From the sequence record KJ019152.1: a DNA stretch of 64,000 nt; one strand, written 5' to 3'. A program made the position numbers and the translations under genes. Positions 1 to 10,417 of this stretch are shown here, in pieces. Under the pieces are notes generated by a model. It did no database searches. It saw nothing but the letters and a program-made list of their open reading frames with translations, and had not been told where the DNA came from. The stretch's first letter is position 1. The number at the start of each line of letters is the position of its first letter.

Positions 1-267
1 GCCAATTGCTGGAATGCTATTCGAAATAATGATAAGGAATACTTTAAGATAGGAGTTGGTGTTTATAAAACTATCAACGCTGATAGGGAATACTATATCA
101 ATAGTCGTATTGAAACTGATAAGAATAGTGATATATCAGAGATGGATCAAGTGAAAGAAGCCCACTCCAAACACTTAAGTTATTTTATTGGATACAAATC
201 AGAAGTAACAGTTGAAGCTATCAGTAGTGATTGGAAATCTACCCTATACCGGGTTACTACCTGCTAG
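1..267 (+). CDS. 3' part of a hypothetical protein (truncated by window start)
   Basis: Frame 1 is open from base 1 to TAG at 265-267 (...[12 protein letters not shown]). Confidence 0.5.
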   Translation, partial: ANCWNAIRNNDKEYFKIGVGVYKTINADREYYINSRIETDKNSDISEMDQVKEAHSKHLSYFIGYKSEVTVEAISSDWKSTLYRVTTC

Positions 268-299
268 GGTGTGTTATAATAGATGAAATGCATGTTGTG

Positions 300-1298
300 A
301 TGAAAGCTTTAATCTCTGGTATAACTGGGCAGGATGGATCCTATCTTGCTGAACTTCTACTGAAGAAGGGGTATGAAGTCCATGGTATTATTCGTAGAAC
401 CTCCTCGTTTAATACAGGAAGAATCGATCATATCTTCGATCAGTTACACCTCCACTACGGGGATTTGACTGACTCCCTGAACATAGTCTCTATCATTAAG
501 GAAGTAGAACCTGATGAGATCTACAACCTAGGGGCACAGAGTCATGTGAAAGTATCTTTCGAGGAACCTGAATATACAGCACAGACTGATGCTCTGGGAA
601 CCCTAAGAGTATTGGAGGCAGTTCGTCTCCTAGGTATGACAGATAGGGTCCGTATCTACCAGGCATCCACCAGTGAGTTGTATGGGTTAGTACAAGAAAC
701 ACCACAGAAAGAAACAACACCTTTCTACCCACGATCTCCATATGGCGTAGCTAAACTCTATGGATATTGGATTATAAAGAACTATCGTGAGAGTTATGGG
801 ATGCACGCCAGTAGTGGTATTCTATTCAACCATGAGTCACCACGACGGGGTGAGACTTTCGTAACCCGTAAGATTACTAGGGGACTATCCCGTATTAGTA
901 CAGGACTACAGGATTGTCTATACCTAGGTAATCTAAACTCAAGACGAGATTGGGGTCATGCTGAAGACTATGTGGAGGCTATGTGGTTGATGTTACAACA
1001 GGAAACTCCTGATGACTATGTGATTGCCACAGGTAAAGAGTATTCAGTGAAGGACTTTGTAGAGGCATCTGCTGAATACTTTGGTATGAAGATTGAGTGG
1101 CAGGGTGAAGGATTGGATGAAGTGGGTATAGATAGATTTACAAAGAAGGTTGTCGTTCGTGTGAGTGACAAATACTTCAGACCAGCAGAGGTTGAAACTC
1201 TCTGGGGTGATCCCACTAAGGCTAAAGAGGTATTGGGTTGGAAACCTAATCATACCTTTGCTTCCCTAGTAGAAGATATGTGTATCTACGGTCAGTAA
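300..1298 (+). CDS. gmd: GDP-mannose 4,6-dehydratase
   Basis: [53 protein letters not shown] at 300 (MKAL) preferred over the track start at 231. Confidence 0.95.
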   Translation: MKALISGITGQDGSYLAELLLKKGYEVHGIIRRTSSFNTGRIDHIFDQLHLHYGDLTDSLNIVSIIKEVEPDEIYNLGAQSHVKVSFEEPEYTAQTDALGTLRVLEAVRLLGMTDRVRIYQASTSELYGLVQETPQKETTPFYPRSPYGVAKLYGYWIIKNYRESYGMHASSGILFNHESPRRGETFVTRKITRGLSRISTGLQDCLYLGNLNSRRDWGHAEDYVEAMWLMLQQETPDDYVIATGKEYSVKDFVEASAEYFGMKIEWQGEGLDEVGIDRFTKKVVVRVSDKYFRPAEVETLWGDPTKAKEVLGWKPNHTFASLVEDMCIYGQ

Positions 1299-1300
1299 TT

Positions 1301-2227
1301 ATGGAAAAAGGTGCAACGGTAGCAGTATTTGGTTCGGGTGGATTGGCTGGAAGTGCCATCACCAGGGCACTCAGGTGTTCTTTTGGGGGGTATAAGATTC
1401 TTACTCCTAGGAGTAAAGAACTAGACCTAAGAGAACAAGCAGATGTTCGTAGTTGGTTTAAGCATAACAAAGTTGATTATGTATTCTTAGCTGCTGCCTT
1501 AGTTGGTGGTATCATGGCTAACAAGACTAGAAAGGCAGAGTTCTTACATGACAATCTAATGATGCAGTGTAATGTAATTGACTCTGCATACTATAGTGGA
1601 GTAAAGAAACTCCTATTCTTAGGTACCTCTTGTATCTATCCAGCAGGAAGACACCATCCACTAGTGGAACATGAACTACTCACAGGACTATTAGAACCAA
1701 CCAATGACGCATACGCAATCGCAAAGATCGCAGGGATCAAACAATGTGACTTCTACCGAGAACAATATGGATTTGATGCTATCTCTATCATGCCTCCTAA
1801 TCTATATGGTCCTGGAGATAATTTCAATGAGGGATCAGGACATGTCCTCGCCTCATTGATGAATAGGTTTCACCTAGCGAAGGAAGCAGGTGCATCTAGA
1901 GTTGAATGTTGGGGTGATGGATCACCTATGAGAGAGTTTCTATATGTGGATGACTTAGCAGATGCTTCCTTATACTTTATGAATAGTTATAGTGAGTCTG
2001 GGCACATTAATACTGGGACTGGTAGGGATGTAACTATCAAACAACTAGCGGAGACTATTGCTGATGTAGTTGGATACAAAGGTGAGATAGGTTGGGATAC
2101 AACTAAACCCAACGGAAACCCAAGGAAACTACTTGACAGCAGTAGGGCAAACCTGTTAGGATGGGAACCCAAGGTTAAATTTGAAGACGGAATCAAACTC
2201 ACATACAACTGGTATCTAGCACAATGA
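1301..2227 (+). CDS. fcl: GDP-L-fucose synthase / ColC-like epimerase-reductase
   Basis: GSGGLAGSA, AAALVGGIMAN, FLGTSCIYP, YAIAKIAG, PPNLYGPGDNF, WGDGSPMREFLYVDDLADA. Confidence 0.9.
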   Translation: MEKGATVAVFGSGGLAGSAITRALRCSFGGYKILTPRSKELDLREQADVRSWFKHNKVDYVFLAAALVGGIMANKTRKAEFLHDNLMMQCNVIDSAYYSGVKKLLFLGTSCIYPAGRHHPLVEHELLTGLLEPTNDAYAIAKIAGIKQCDFYREQYGFDAISIMPPNLYGPGDNFNEGSGHVLASLMNRFHLAKEAGASRVECWGDGSPMREFLYVDDLADASLYFMNSYSESGHINTGTGRDVTIKQLAETIADVVGYKGEIGWDTTKPNGNPRKLLDSSRANLLGWEPKVKFEDGIKLTYNWYLAQ

Positions 2228-3417
2228 CAAAGATTACAAATGGATATACGTGGCCTCTTATGAAGGACACTGTGACCAAGAGAGATAGGTTGAGGATGGC
2301 AAAGTTTATCCTCACCAGTGATAGACTAACACAAGGTAAAGAAGTTCGTAAGTTTGAGGAGCAGTGGAGTGAGTGGCTTGGAGTTAAACATTCTCTTTTT
2401 GTTAGCAGTGGCAGTACCGCTAACCTACTTCTTGTGTCTGCTTGGAAGGAATTATACGAGATCCCAGACCAGTCGAAAGTAATTGTACCTGCTTGTACTT
2501 GGGTAACTAATGTTGCTCCTATCATCCAGTGTGGTTTGACTCCAATCTTTTGTGACATCAACTTAGAAGACTACTCCTTTGATCTGGATAAACTACAGGA
2601 TATTCGTGATGAATATCACGATGACATTAGAGGTATCTTTGTTACTCACCTCCTAGGATTTCCTGCTAATGTGGAAAAGTTTCGTGATGTTTTCCCCGAC
2701 GCTCATATTCTAGAAGATGTATGTGAGAGTCACGGAGCAGTCCTCCCTAGTGGTGATAAGGCGGGAACCTTTGATGTTGGTGGCACATTTAGTTTCTACT
2801 TTGGGCACCACATGACTACCATTGAAGGTGGTATGGTGAGTACTAATGATCCAGAACTCTATGATCTAATGAGAATGAAGCGTTCTCATGGGTTAGCGAG
2901 AGAATCACTATACTTTGAAACATACAAAGAGAAGTATCCTGATGTAAATCCACAGTTTCTCTTCGTTACTGAGGGATATAACTTCCGTAATACTGATCTA
3001 GCTGCTGTATTAGGACAGTCTCAACTGAAGAGACTAGACAGTATGATTGGGATTCGTAACAGGAACTATGAGTTATACCAACAATTACTAAAGAAACACG
3101 AACATGACCTTACACATGAGTATGGTGGTTCTTTCTATATCCCCTCCACACAGGGGGATGTAAGTAGTTTCTGTTTTCCATTTGTAGTTGATAATATGCA
3201 CTGCTATCTTAAGTTAAAAGAACTTCTAGAAGAATACTATGTTGAGTATCGACCTATTGTGAGTGGTAACCTCCTACGACAACCATTCTTGAGAGAATAT
3301 TCTGCTGAGTGTCCCAAGGCAGATATAGCCCATGAAAAGGGACTATATATTGGGAATAATCACTTTGTAGATGAGTCTAACTTTCACATGCTAGATGAGA
3401 TTTTGAGCCAACTTTGA
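2224..3417 (+). CDS. colD: DegT/DnrJ-family PLP/PMP enzyme, ColD-type GDP-4-keto-6-deoxymannose 3-dehydratase
   Basis: SSGSTANLL, LEDVCESHG, GTFSFYFGHHMTTIEGG with His at the usual Schiff-base Lys position; no Fe-S Cys cluster as in E1/RfbH. Confidence 0.72.
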   Translation: MTKITNGYTWPLMKDTVTKRDRLRMAKFILTSDRLTQGKEVRKFEEQWSEWLGVKHSLFVSSGSTANLLLVSAWKELYEIPDQSKVIVPACTWVTNVAPIIQCGLTPIFCDINLEDYSFDLDKLQDIRDEYHDDIRGIFVTHLLGFPANVEKFRDVFPDAHILEDVCESHGAVLPSGDKAGTFDVGGTFSFYFGHHMTTIEGGMVSTNDPELYDLMRMKRSHGLARESLYFETYKEKYPDVNPQFLFVTEGYNFRNTDLAAVLGQSQLKRLDSMIGIRNRNYELYQQLLKKHEHDLTHEYGGSFYIPSTQGDVSSFCFPFVVDNMHCYLKLKELLEEYYVEYRPIVSGNLLRQPFLREYSAECPKADIAHEKGLYIGNNHFVDESNFHMLDEILSQL

Positions 3418-3418
3418 T

Positions 3419-4213
3419 ATGACATTTTCATTTAATCATATGGGCAACTTGGGGCATCTGGGAAACCAGATGTTTCAGTATGCCGCACTCATTGGTATGG
3501 GGGCTAAGCATGGGAGGAGTATTTGTATCCCCCATAAACAAAGTTTTGGGCAATCATACTACCAGGATCTTCGTAGTAATATCTACGATGCTTTCAACCT
3601 CTCACCCAATGGTGTAGGTATCAGTAGGTTCCCCACAGTTCAGGAAGGTAGTTTCCACTTTGATGAAAACTTATTTGAGAACCCACCAGATGAGAACTGT
3701 AACCTCTATGGATTCTTCCAGAGTGAAAAGTGGTTCTCACATATCAAAGAAGGTATTAGGAAAGAGTTCACTCTAAAGGATGAGTACCGGGAAGTGGCAC
3801 AACTGATGAGAGAACAACTCTCTGGTCAGGTTGTTGCTATTCATGTTCGTAGAACTGACTACCTATCCAATCCAAACCACGGAGCATTGGGTTTAGATTA
3901 CTATGAGAAGGCACTGGAGTTGGTTCCTAATAACCTTACAGTAGTTGTATTCACTGATGATCCAGAGTGGGCTAAAGAACAACCACTCTTTCCAGATGAT
4001 AGGTTCTTTGTATCAGAGACAGACTGTCCCTATACAGACCTTGCTCTTATGAGTATGTGTGATTATCATATTATTGCCAACAGTTCATACTCTTGGTGGG
4101 GTGCATACTTATCTGATAGTAAGAAAGTAATTGCTCCTAAACAGTGGTTTGGGGAACCACTTAAAACAAATAACCTGAAAGATCTTTATTGTGATGGGTG
4201 GGTGAAACTATGA
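3419..4213 (+). CDS. GT11 alpha-1,2-fucosyl(colitosyl)transferase
   Basis: GHLGNQMFQYA, AIHVRRTDY, VFTDDPEW, IANSSYSWWGAYL. Confidence 0.9.
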   Translation: MTFSFNHMGNLGHLGNQMFQYAALIGMGAKHGRSICIPHKQSFGQSYYQDLRSNIYDAFNLSPNGVGISRFPTVQEGSFHFDENLFENPPDENCNLYGFFQSEKWFSHIKEGIRKEFTLKDEYREVAQLMREQLSGQVVAIHVRRTDYLSNPNHGALGLDYYEKALELVPNNLTVVVFTDDPEWAKEQPLFPDDRFFVSETDCPYTDLALMSMCDYHIIANSSYSWWGAYLSDSKKVIAPKQWFGEPLKTNNLKDLYCDGWVKL

Positions 4214-4833
4214 GTAACTTTGCAAGTGCTAAACAGTTTATCAAGAATGGTATTGATACACAACAGGAGTCTATCTCTGGTGGTGGCAGCACTATGGCTT
4301 CCACAGTTGCCTTCAGATACTTCCTACCAAAGTATATCAAACAGTATGGTATTGAGAGTATCTTAGACATTGGGTGTGGTGACTGGCATTGGATGTCTAC
4401 TATCAGAGAAGAGTTTCCTGATGTAGACTATGAGGGATGGGATGCCTCTGAGGATATGATTAATCCCATGACTGAGAAGTATGGAACAGAGAATACCAGG
4501 TTTGAGGTAAAGGATATCATTGATAACAAGTATCCCAAAGTGGATTTGGTTATCGCTCGTGATGTCCTATTCCACCTCAAAGAAGATTACCTAAAGAAGG
4601 TTCTCAAGAATATCAGTAAGGCAGGTGTGAAGTATCTACTAGCAACCACCTTTCCAGGTTTACCTAAGAACGAAGAACTCACTCCTAAGAAATATGACGG
4701 TTGGGGATTCAGACCAATCAATCTGGATATCGAGCCTTATAATATGAAAGATTATTGTATCAATGATTTCAAGGAAACGACAGCCCCTAACAGAGGATAC
4801 TATCGTCATGTCTATTTGTATGAGGTAAAATGA
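4210..4833 (+). CDS. class I SAM-dependent methyltransferase
   Basis: ILDIGCGD motif I; DLVIARDVLFHL. Confidence 0.8.
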   Translation: MSNFASAKQFIKNGIDTQQESISGGGSTMASTVAFRYFLPKYIKQYGIESILDIGCGDWHWMSTIREEFPDVDYEGWDASEDMINPMTEKYGTENTRFEVKDIIDNKYPKVDLVIARDVLFHLKEDYLKKVLKNISKAGVKYLLATTFPGLPKNEELTPKKYDGWGFRPINLDIEPYNMKDYCINDFKETTAPNRGYYRHVYLYEVK

Positions 4834-4982
4834 AGATCGAAATTGAACTCTCTAAAGATGTAGAATACAAAGGAGAGAAACTAGGTGAGTATATCTGGAA
4901 CCTAGAAGAGGGAATTAATCATGTTACTGGTTTTGGTGATTCACTTGAGGAATGTTTTAAGGAAATTGTGAGGTTTAGATGA
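4830..4982 (+). CDS. small hypothetical protein (50 aa)
   Basis: ATGA overlaps with both neighbours; MKIEIELSKDVEYKGEKLGEYIW... Confidence 0.55.
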   Translation: MKIEIELSKDVEYKGEKLGEYIWNLEEGINHVTGFGDSLEECFKEIVRFR

Positions 4983-5710
4983 AGAAAGTAGCTATTATCT
5001 TTATTGGAACAGGTAGATACCTAGAGTTTCTACCAAAGTATTATGAACAGGCAGAAGCAAACCTCTTCCCCGACAGACCCAAACACTACTATGTGTTTAC
5101 TGATGGTGACTTAGGTAATGAACTACCTGATAATGTAACTGTATACGAACAGGAACATCTCCAATGGCCATATATCACCCTCTATCGTTTCGGTATTATC
5201 CAGAAACACCTAGAGGAGATTGAGAAGGAGTGTGGTTTCCTACTCTTTATGGATGCTGATACACAGGTAGTATCCCCTGTATCGTTCGATGAAGTATTCA
5301 GGAAGGGAAAACCCTATACAGGTGTTCATCACCCCTGCCACGCCCTGAATATGCCACCACACAATGAGTTTCCTGGTAGTCTAGAAACTAATACAGCATC
5401 CAAGGCAGCATGTAAACCTGGTGATGACTTCTCTGTATATTGGCAAGGTTGTGTATGGGGTGGAAACATCAAGGGTGCTCGTAAGATTATTGATACTCTC
5501 CACCACAGAACTAAACAAGATGAGGAGAATGGAATCATTGCCAAGTGGCATGATGAAAGTCATATCAATAGATACTTCCTTGATAACAAAGATAAGGTGA
5601 ATACCCTATCACCTAGTTTCGCATACCCAGAGTCCTTCACTGAGTATATGGAAGACTATGAACCTAAGATTGTACACCTAGCAAAAGAGAATTCTAAGTA
5701 TCAGGTATGA
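4979..5710 (+). CDS. GT6 glycosyltransferase (ABO/alpha-Gal family)
   Basis: IFIGTGRY, FMDADTQV (DXD), YWQGCVWGG, AKWHDESHINRYF. Confidence 0.88.
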   Translation: MKKVAIIFIGTGRYLEFLPKYYEQAEANLFPDRPKHYYVFTDGDLGNELPDNVTVYEQEHLQWPYITLYRFGIIQKHLEEIEKECGFLLFMDADTQVVSPVSFDEVFRKGKPYTGVHHPCHALNMPPHNEFPGSLETNTASKAACKPGDDFSVYWQGCVWGGNIKGARKIIDTLHHRTKQDEENGIIAKWHDESHINRYFLDNKDKVNTLSPSFAYPESFTEYMEDYEPKIVHLAKENSKYQV

Positions 5711-6330
5711 GTTACTTCACAGATTATGACAACGAATTCACAGTATTCGAGGCACCAAAGAACGGGGGAACTACTCTCCGTCTTTGGATATACTACGCAG
5801 GAACAGGGGAGTTAGTAAAGTCAGCGGAGTCTGAATACTACGCTGGCACTGGAGAAACATACAAACAACTCCAAGAGTGGGGTTATGTGAATGGGGAATA
5901 CGAGAACCCCAAGACCCAGATGGTATGTATCAAGAGAGACCCTGTAGATAGGTTTGTAAGTGCCTTCTATGATAAGGTAATCAAAGAGGGAAGAATCAAA
6001 GTAACCATCGATGAGTTTCTCTCAAACTATGAAGAGATACTTGATAAGTCTACCCTCAAGATGAATGATGGTAAGACTAACTTCATGAAGTTTCACTTTG
6101 AGTCACAGACATATCACTTCGGTAAAGATAAAGATCTATATCATAAGGTCTTTGATATCTCAGAGGTTGGTACTGGTCTGAAGAAGTATCTGGAGAGTAA
6201 GTGGAATATAGAACTACCTGATGTCCATGCTAGAAATAGTGGTGGTGGTAGAAAGTTTGATCTCTCCAGGGGACAACTGAATAGGGTGAAGGAAATCTAC
6301 ACACAGGACTATTATAATGGGTGGTACTGA
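5707..6330 (+). CDS. sulfotransferase family 2 protein
   Basis: APKNGGTT (5'-PSB-like) and RDPVDRFVSAFYDK (3'-PB-like). Confidence 0.78.
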   Translation: MSYFTDYDNEFTVFEAPKNGGTTLRLWIYYAGTGELVKSAESEYYAGTGETYKQLQEWGYVNGEYENPKTQMVCIKRDPVDRFVSAFYDKVIKEGRIKVTIDEFLSNYEEILDKSTLKMNDGKTNFMKFHFESQTYHFGKDKDLYHKVFDISEVGTGLKKYLESKWNIELPDVHARNSGGGRKFDLSRGQLNRVKEIYTQDYYNGWY

Positions 6331-7102
6331 AGGATATATCCTGATAGGTATTGGTGATAGGTATCTACAGATGACAGAGAACCTCACTAAAACTCTAAAG
6401 AAACATGGAGATAATAGAGGATCCCTAACTATCACAAGATCGGATAATAGGGAACTCTATAGTGAGTGTAACACTGAGTTTGAGAGGAATGGAACTCTAC
6501 CTAAGATTACCTTAGATAGATACCTACCTTTTGATCACAATATATTCCTAGATGCTGATATGTTATGTGTAGGTGATACACAACATGTATGGGATCTATT
6601 CAGGAGTAGTGATCAGTTTGTTCAACAGGTAGGATGTTTGGGAAGAGATCCTAACTTCCACGCTCACCAGTATGAGAGTGAGTTGGGTTTTGAGATTCCT
6701 AGAGTCCATGGTGGTTGTATCTACATCAATAGAGAGAAACTAGACCCAGAGTTCTTTCCCTATATGAGAGAGTGTTTCCTAAACTATAAACAAATATTTC
6801 ATAATAGTGGTCTAACCTATAAGAATAGTAGACCAGACCAACCACTATACGCTCTAGCAAATGGTATGTGGGGATTCAAACCTGTGGATCTATACACTAA
6901 CCCTATCATGACTATTGTGAATGATAGCACCCCACCCCCACTAGATAGTGTGTTCTTCAATAAGAAGAGAGGTCCTAAGTTAGATACTCCTGTTCCTTTT
7001 GTTCATGTATTCCGTGGAGAAGAGGGTATGTCTAAGGGTTATACTAGAGGTGACCAGAAGATGTTGTTGTCCCATTATGATTACTACCTGAACTATGAAT
7101 AA
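6317..7102 (+). CDS. GT8-like glycosyltransferase
   Basis: NIFLDADML, HGGCIYIN, DQPLYAL; operon context. Confidence 0.6.
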   Translation: MGGTEGYILIGIGDRYLQMTENLTKTLKKHGDNRGSLTITRSDNRELYSECNTEFERNGTLPKITLDRYLPFDHNIFLDADMLCVGDTQHVWDLFRSSDQFVQQVGCLGRDPNFHAHQYESELGFEIPRVHGGCIYINREKLDPEFFPYMRECFLNYKQIFHNSGLTYKNSRPDQPLYALANGMWGFKPVDLYTNPIMTIVNDSTPPPLDSVFFNKKRGPKLDTPVPFVHVFRGEEGMSKGYTRGDQKMLLSHYDYYLNYE

Positions 7103-7883
7103 AACTATATGGATGTGTTGGTTCCAGGGTTGGGATAAGGCACCAGAGATTACAGAGAAGTGTTTAGAGTCCTGGAAACACTACAATAGTGATTGGGATA
7201 TTGTTCTACTAGATGAATCCAACTACAAGGATTACATCTCCATTGATAAAGAACTACCAGGACTGAAGACAAACTATATCTCACTGGGTGATATCCTCCG
7301 TCTCTTTCTACTAAAAGAGCATGGTGGAGTATGGGCAGATGCAACTATCTTCTGTAACAAACCAGTGGATTGGGTTTTGGATTATGAGGATTCTTTCATC
7401 TTCACCAGGAAGGATAAGATGATTGCCTCTTGGTTTGTTGCTGCTCAGAAAGATTCCCATGTTGTAGATGTATGGTATAATAAGATGTTAGAGTTCTGGA
7501 AGTATCGTATGGAAAATACAGATACTTTCGAGCAACAATATGGTTGGATACACGCTTTGTTCCGTCAGTCCTACGCTCAGGATAAGGGGTTCAGGGATAT
7601 TGTAGATAGTATGGATAAGATTGATTGCATGAGTGATGGTCAATCTAGAGGTAAGGGTCCGCACTTCTTTGCACCCTACAGTAAATACTTCTACAACCCT
7701 ATCAGTGACACGATAAAGAATCGTATAGACTCTAAAGTTGATCCACTATATAAGTTGTCTTACAAGGCAAACACAGACTGGAGAAGTCCAGAGAACAGGG
7801 GTATCCACCCAGCAGACCAAAAGATTATGTTGGAATATCCAACTAATAGTGAACTACATTATCTACTCAACACATTAAAATGA
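7095..7883 (+). CDS. capsular polysaccharide synthesis / GT32-like glycosyltransferase
   Basis: IWMCWFQGWDKAP, GDILRLFLLKEHGGVWADAT. Confidence 0.8.
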   Translation: MNKTIWMCWFQGWDKAPEITEKCLESWKHYNSDWDIVLLDESNYKDYISIDKELPGLKTNYISLGDILRLFLLKEHGGVWADATIFCNKPVDWVLDYEDSFIFTRKDKMIASWFVAAQKDSHVVDVWYNKMLEFWKYRMENTDTFEQQYGWIHALFRQSYAQDKGFRDIVDSMDKIDCMSDGQSRGKGPHFFAPYSKYFYNPISDTIKNRIDSKVDPLYKLSYKANTDWRSPENRGIHPADQKIMLEYPTNSELHYLLNTLK

Positions 7884-8785
7884 CAAATAAATCATTGGTT
7901 ACCGGTGGCGCGGGTTTCATCGGGTCACATATTGTGGACCGACTTATTACACTAGGACATCAAGTCGTAGTGATTGACAATGAATCCTCTGATGGTCATG
8001 ATGAATACCATTGGAACAGAAGCGGACAAGTACAAAACCATAAGGCAGACATTCGTGACTACGATGCAATCAAACACTTGTTTGGTGGAGTCAATAATGT
8101 TTTTCACCTTGCCGCTAAAGCATCAGTACAGGCGTCAGTAGATAACCCCCTACCAACTATTGCCACACAGGTAATGGGAACCGCCAATGTATTGGAGGCA
8201 GCACGACAATCTGGTGTGAGTAAGTTTGTATATTCCTCTACTAGTGCTTGTTATGGTAACAACAACCCCATTCCTAATGTAGAAACGATGAGAGAAGATC
8301 CTCTCAACGCCTATGCTATTGGTAAGTTATCTGGGGAACAACTAGTTCGTGCCTATCACTACCTCTATGGTATGAAGACGGTGGCATTCCGTTATACCAA
8401 TGTGTATGGGGAGAGGGCAAGACACGTAGGACACTACGCTCCTGCTGTTAGTAAGTTCCTAAAGATGAGAGCACAGGGAGAACCCCTAACTATCTTTGGT
8501 GATGGTGCCCAACGCCGGGACTTTATTCATGTATCTGATGTAGTCAACGCTAACTGCTGTATTACCTATGAGGAACTAGAGCAGTGGGGTGAGACCTATA
8601 ACATTGGTTATGGTAAGAACTGGAGTATCCAAGAGATCGCAGACTCTATCAGTCAGGAACAGATTCACCTATCTGCTCGTACTGGTGAGATGCGTGAGAC
8701 GCTTGCTGATATTGGGAAGGCAAAGGCAGAGTTGATGTGGAAACCAAAGACTGACATCATGGATTGGATTAGGGCACAACTCTGA
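7880..8785 (+). CDS. NAD-dependent nucleotide-sugar epimerase/dehydratase
   Basis: VTGGAGFIGSH, FHLAA, YAIGK (YxxxK), RYTNVYG, QRRDFIHVSDV. Confidence 0.9.
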   Translation: MTNKSLVTGGAGFIGSHIVDRLITLGHQVVVIDNESSDGHDEYHWNRSGQVQNHKADIRDYDAIKHLFGGVNNVFHLAAKASVQASVDNPLPTIATQVMGTANVLEAARQSGVSKFVYSSTSACYGNNNPIPNVETMREDPLNAYAIGKLSGEQLVRAYHYLYGMKTVAFRYTNVYGERARHVGHYAPAVSKFLKMRAQGEPLTIFGDGAQRRDFIHVSDVVNANCCITYEELEQWGETYNIGYGKNWSIQEIADSISQEQIHLSARTGEMRETLADIGKAKAELMWKPKTDIMDWIRAQL

Positions 8786-9402
8786 TGCCAGTATTTCAGA
8801 AGGACAACAAGAAAGTTCTATTCATCCATGTTCCCAAGACTGCAGGGAGTTCTGTGAATAAACTCTTTGTGAATAATGGATATGAAATGTCCTACTATTC
8901 TGAGAGTTCTAAAGATCTATACAATGGATTATGTGGACCACAACATCTGGACTCACTTCTATTGGAAGATGAGTTCCAAGATTTCTCTCAGTTTGATTAT
9001 ATCTTCTCTATCTTCAGAGACCCAGTAGACAGACATCTATCTGAGTTCACCTGGGCACCCTGGGGACTAATGGGTAGAAACATCTACACACCAGAAAGAT
9101 TTGATGAGTGGTGTCCTAAGATATTCAGGGCGTATCAGGACTCACCATATAGGATGGATAACCACATTAGACCTCAACATGAGTTCTATGTCAATGGATG
9201 TGATGTGTATGACTATGAAAATATCAATACACTCACAGAGAAACTATGTGATAAAATAGGTCTAGATAATAAAGAGATGCCATATGAAAGGTCTTCACGA
9301 TATGATAGTGAGGATTATGTCATCTATGAAGATACTTACAATTGTATTACTGAATTTTACAAAGGAGACTATCAATGGCAAAAGGATTCAGTCCTGTTGT
9401 GA
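8785..9402 (+). CDS. sulfotransferase family 2 protein
   Basis: FIHVPKTAGSS and FRDPVDRHLSEF. Confidence 0.8.
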   Translation: MPVFQKDNKKVLFIHVPKTAGSSVNKLFVNNGYEMSYYSESSKDLYNGLCGPQHLDSLLLEDEFQDFSQFDYIFSIFRDPVDRHLSEFTWAPWGLMGRNIYTPERFDEWCPKIFRAYQDSPYRMDNHIRPQHEFYVNGCDVYDYENINTLTEKLCDKIGLDNKEMPYERSSRYDSEDYVIYEDTYNCITEFYKGDYQWQKDSVLL

Positions 9403-10253
9403 CTAAGGATAAGAACAAGTCCCAGTTCAAACTACAGGGTGTTCCTAGGATTTACTACATCAGTTTAGATGATCATGCTCATCGTCAAGACTATATGGAG
9501 TCCCAGTTTGAAGACTGGGGCATCACTAACTTCGAAAGAATCTCTGCTCATGATGGTAGAGGTGATAATGATCTGAGTGATATTCTCAAAGGGTCTTATC
9601 CAAAGATGATGAGTTCTGGTGAGGTTGGTTGTGTAACCTCTCACCTAAAGGCACTAAAACACTGGTTAGATACTACAGAGGGTGAAGAGTTTCTCCTTAT
9701 GATGGAGGATGATTGTGATATCTCCACTGCTTCCCACTGGGGGTTCTCCTGGAGAGAGTTTGTTGGGAATATTCCATCCCATGTAGATTGTGTTCAGTTA
9801 GCAGTTATCAACCCATCAGAACTACATATCAAACTCCATATCAGGTTTGTGAATGATTTCTCCACTGCCTCATACCTAATCCGTAGATCACACGCAGAGA
9901 AGTTAGTTAGACTCTATTGTAGGGGTGATAAGTATAAACTTGATAGTGATATCAAACCCAGAGCAGTTGCTGATGATCTTATCTACAACTCTGGTGTGAC
10001 TCTTGCTATGCCTCTATTTGCCTTCAAGATTGCACTAGGTTCCAGTATCCATGATGTCCATATCAATACCTTCCACAAGAGTAGTCATGATGGTATCTGG
10101 GAGTTTTGGAAGAAAACAGCACCAACTATTGAGAACTGGAAACCATTCTTCAACTATGATGCCTATCTGGGAACCCTACCACCCAATGTTGTGGTTCAAC
10201 AATGGCAGCAAAAACAGGAATCCAAAGCAAAAGATTCAGGGGCTTCGCAATAG
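9375..10253 (+). CDS. GT25-family glycosyltransferase
   Basis: IYYISLDDHAHRQDYM, GEVGCVTSHLKAL, MEDDC. Confidence 0.8.
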   Translation: MAKGFSPVVTKDKNKSQFKLQGVPRIYYISLDDHAHRQDYMESQFEDWGITNFERISAHDGRGDNDLSDILKGSYPKMMSSGEVGCVTSHLKALKHWLDTTEGEEFLLMMEDDCDISTASHWGFSWREFVGNIPSHVDCVQLAVINPSELHIKLHIRFVNDFSTASYLIRRSHAEKLVRLYCRGDKYKLDSDIKPRAVADDLIYNSGVTLAMPLFAFKIALGSSIHDVHINTFHKSSHDGIWEFWKKTAPTIENWKPFFNYDAYLGTLPPNVVVQQWQQKQESKAKDSGASQ

Positions 10254-10297
10254 AACATATATATGTTATAATATTTACATTCACCCATGAGGTTATT

Positions 10298-10417
10298 ATG
10301 AAATTTGGTTTTACCCCCGAAGCAGAAATCCTAAACGCTCGTTTGGCAATGTTGGGATTCGTTATCGCCGTAGGCACTTACTTGACCACAGGTCAGATTA
10401 TTCCAGGAGTTCTTTGA
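10298..10417 (+). CDS. hli: high-light inducible protein
   Basis: [21 protein letters not shown], ExxNxRxAMxG motif. Confidence 0.92.
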   Translation: MKFGFTPEAEILNARLAMLGFVIAVGTYLTTGQIIPGVL

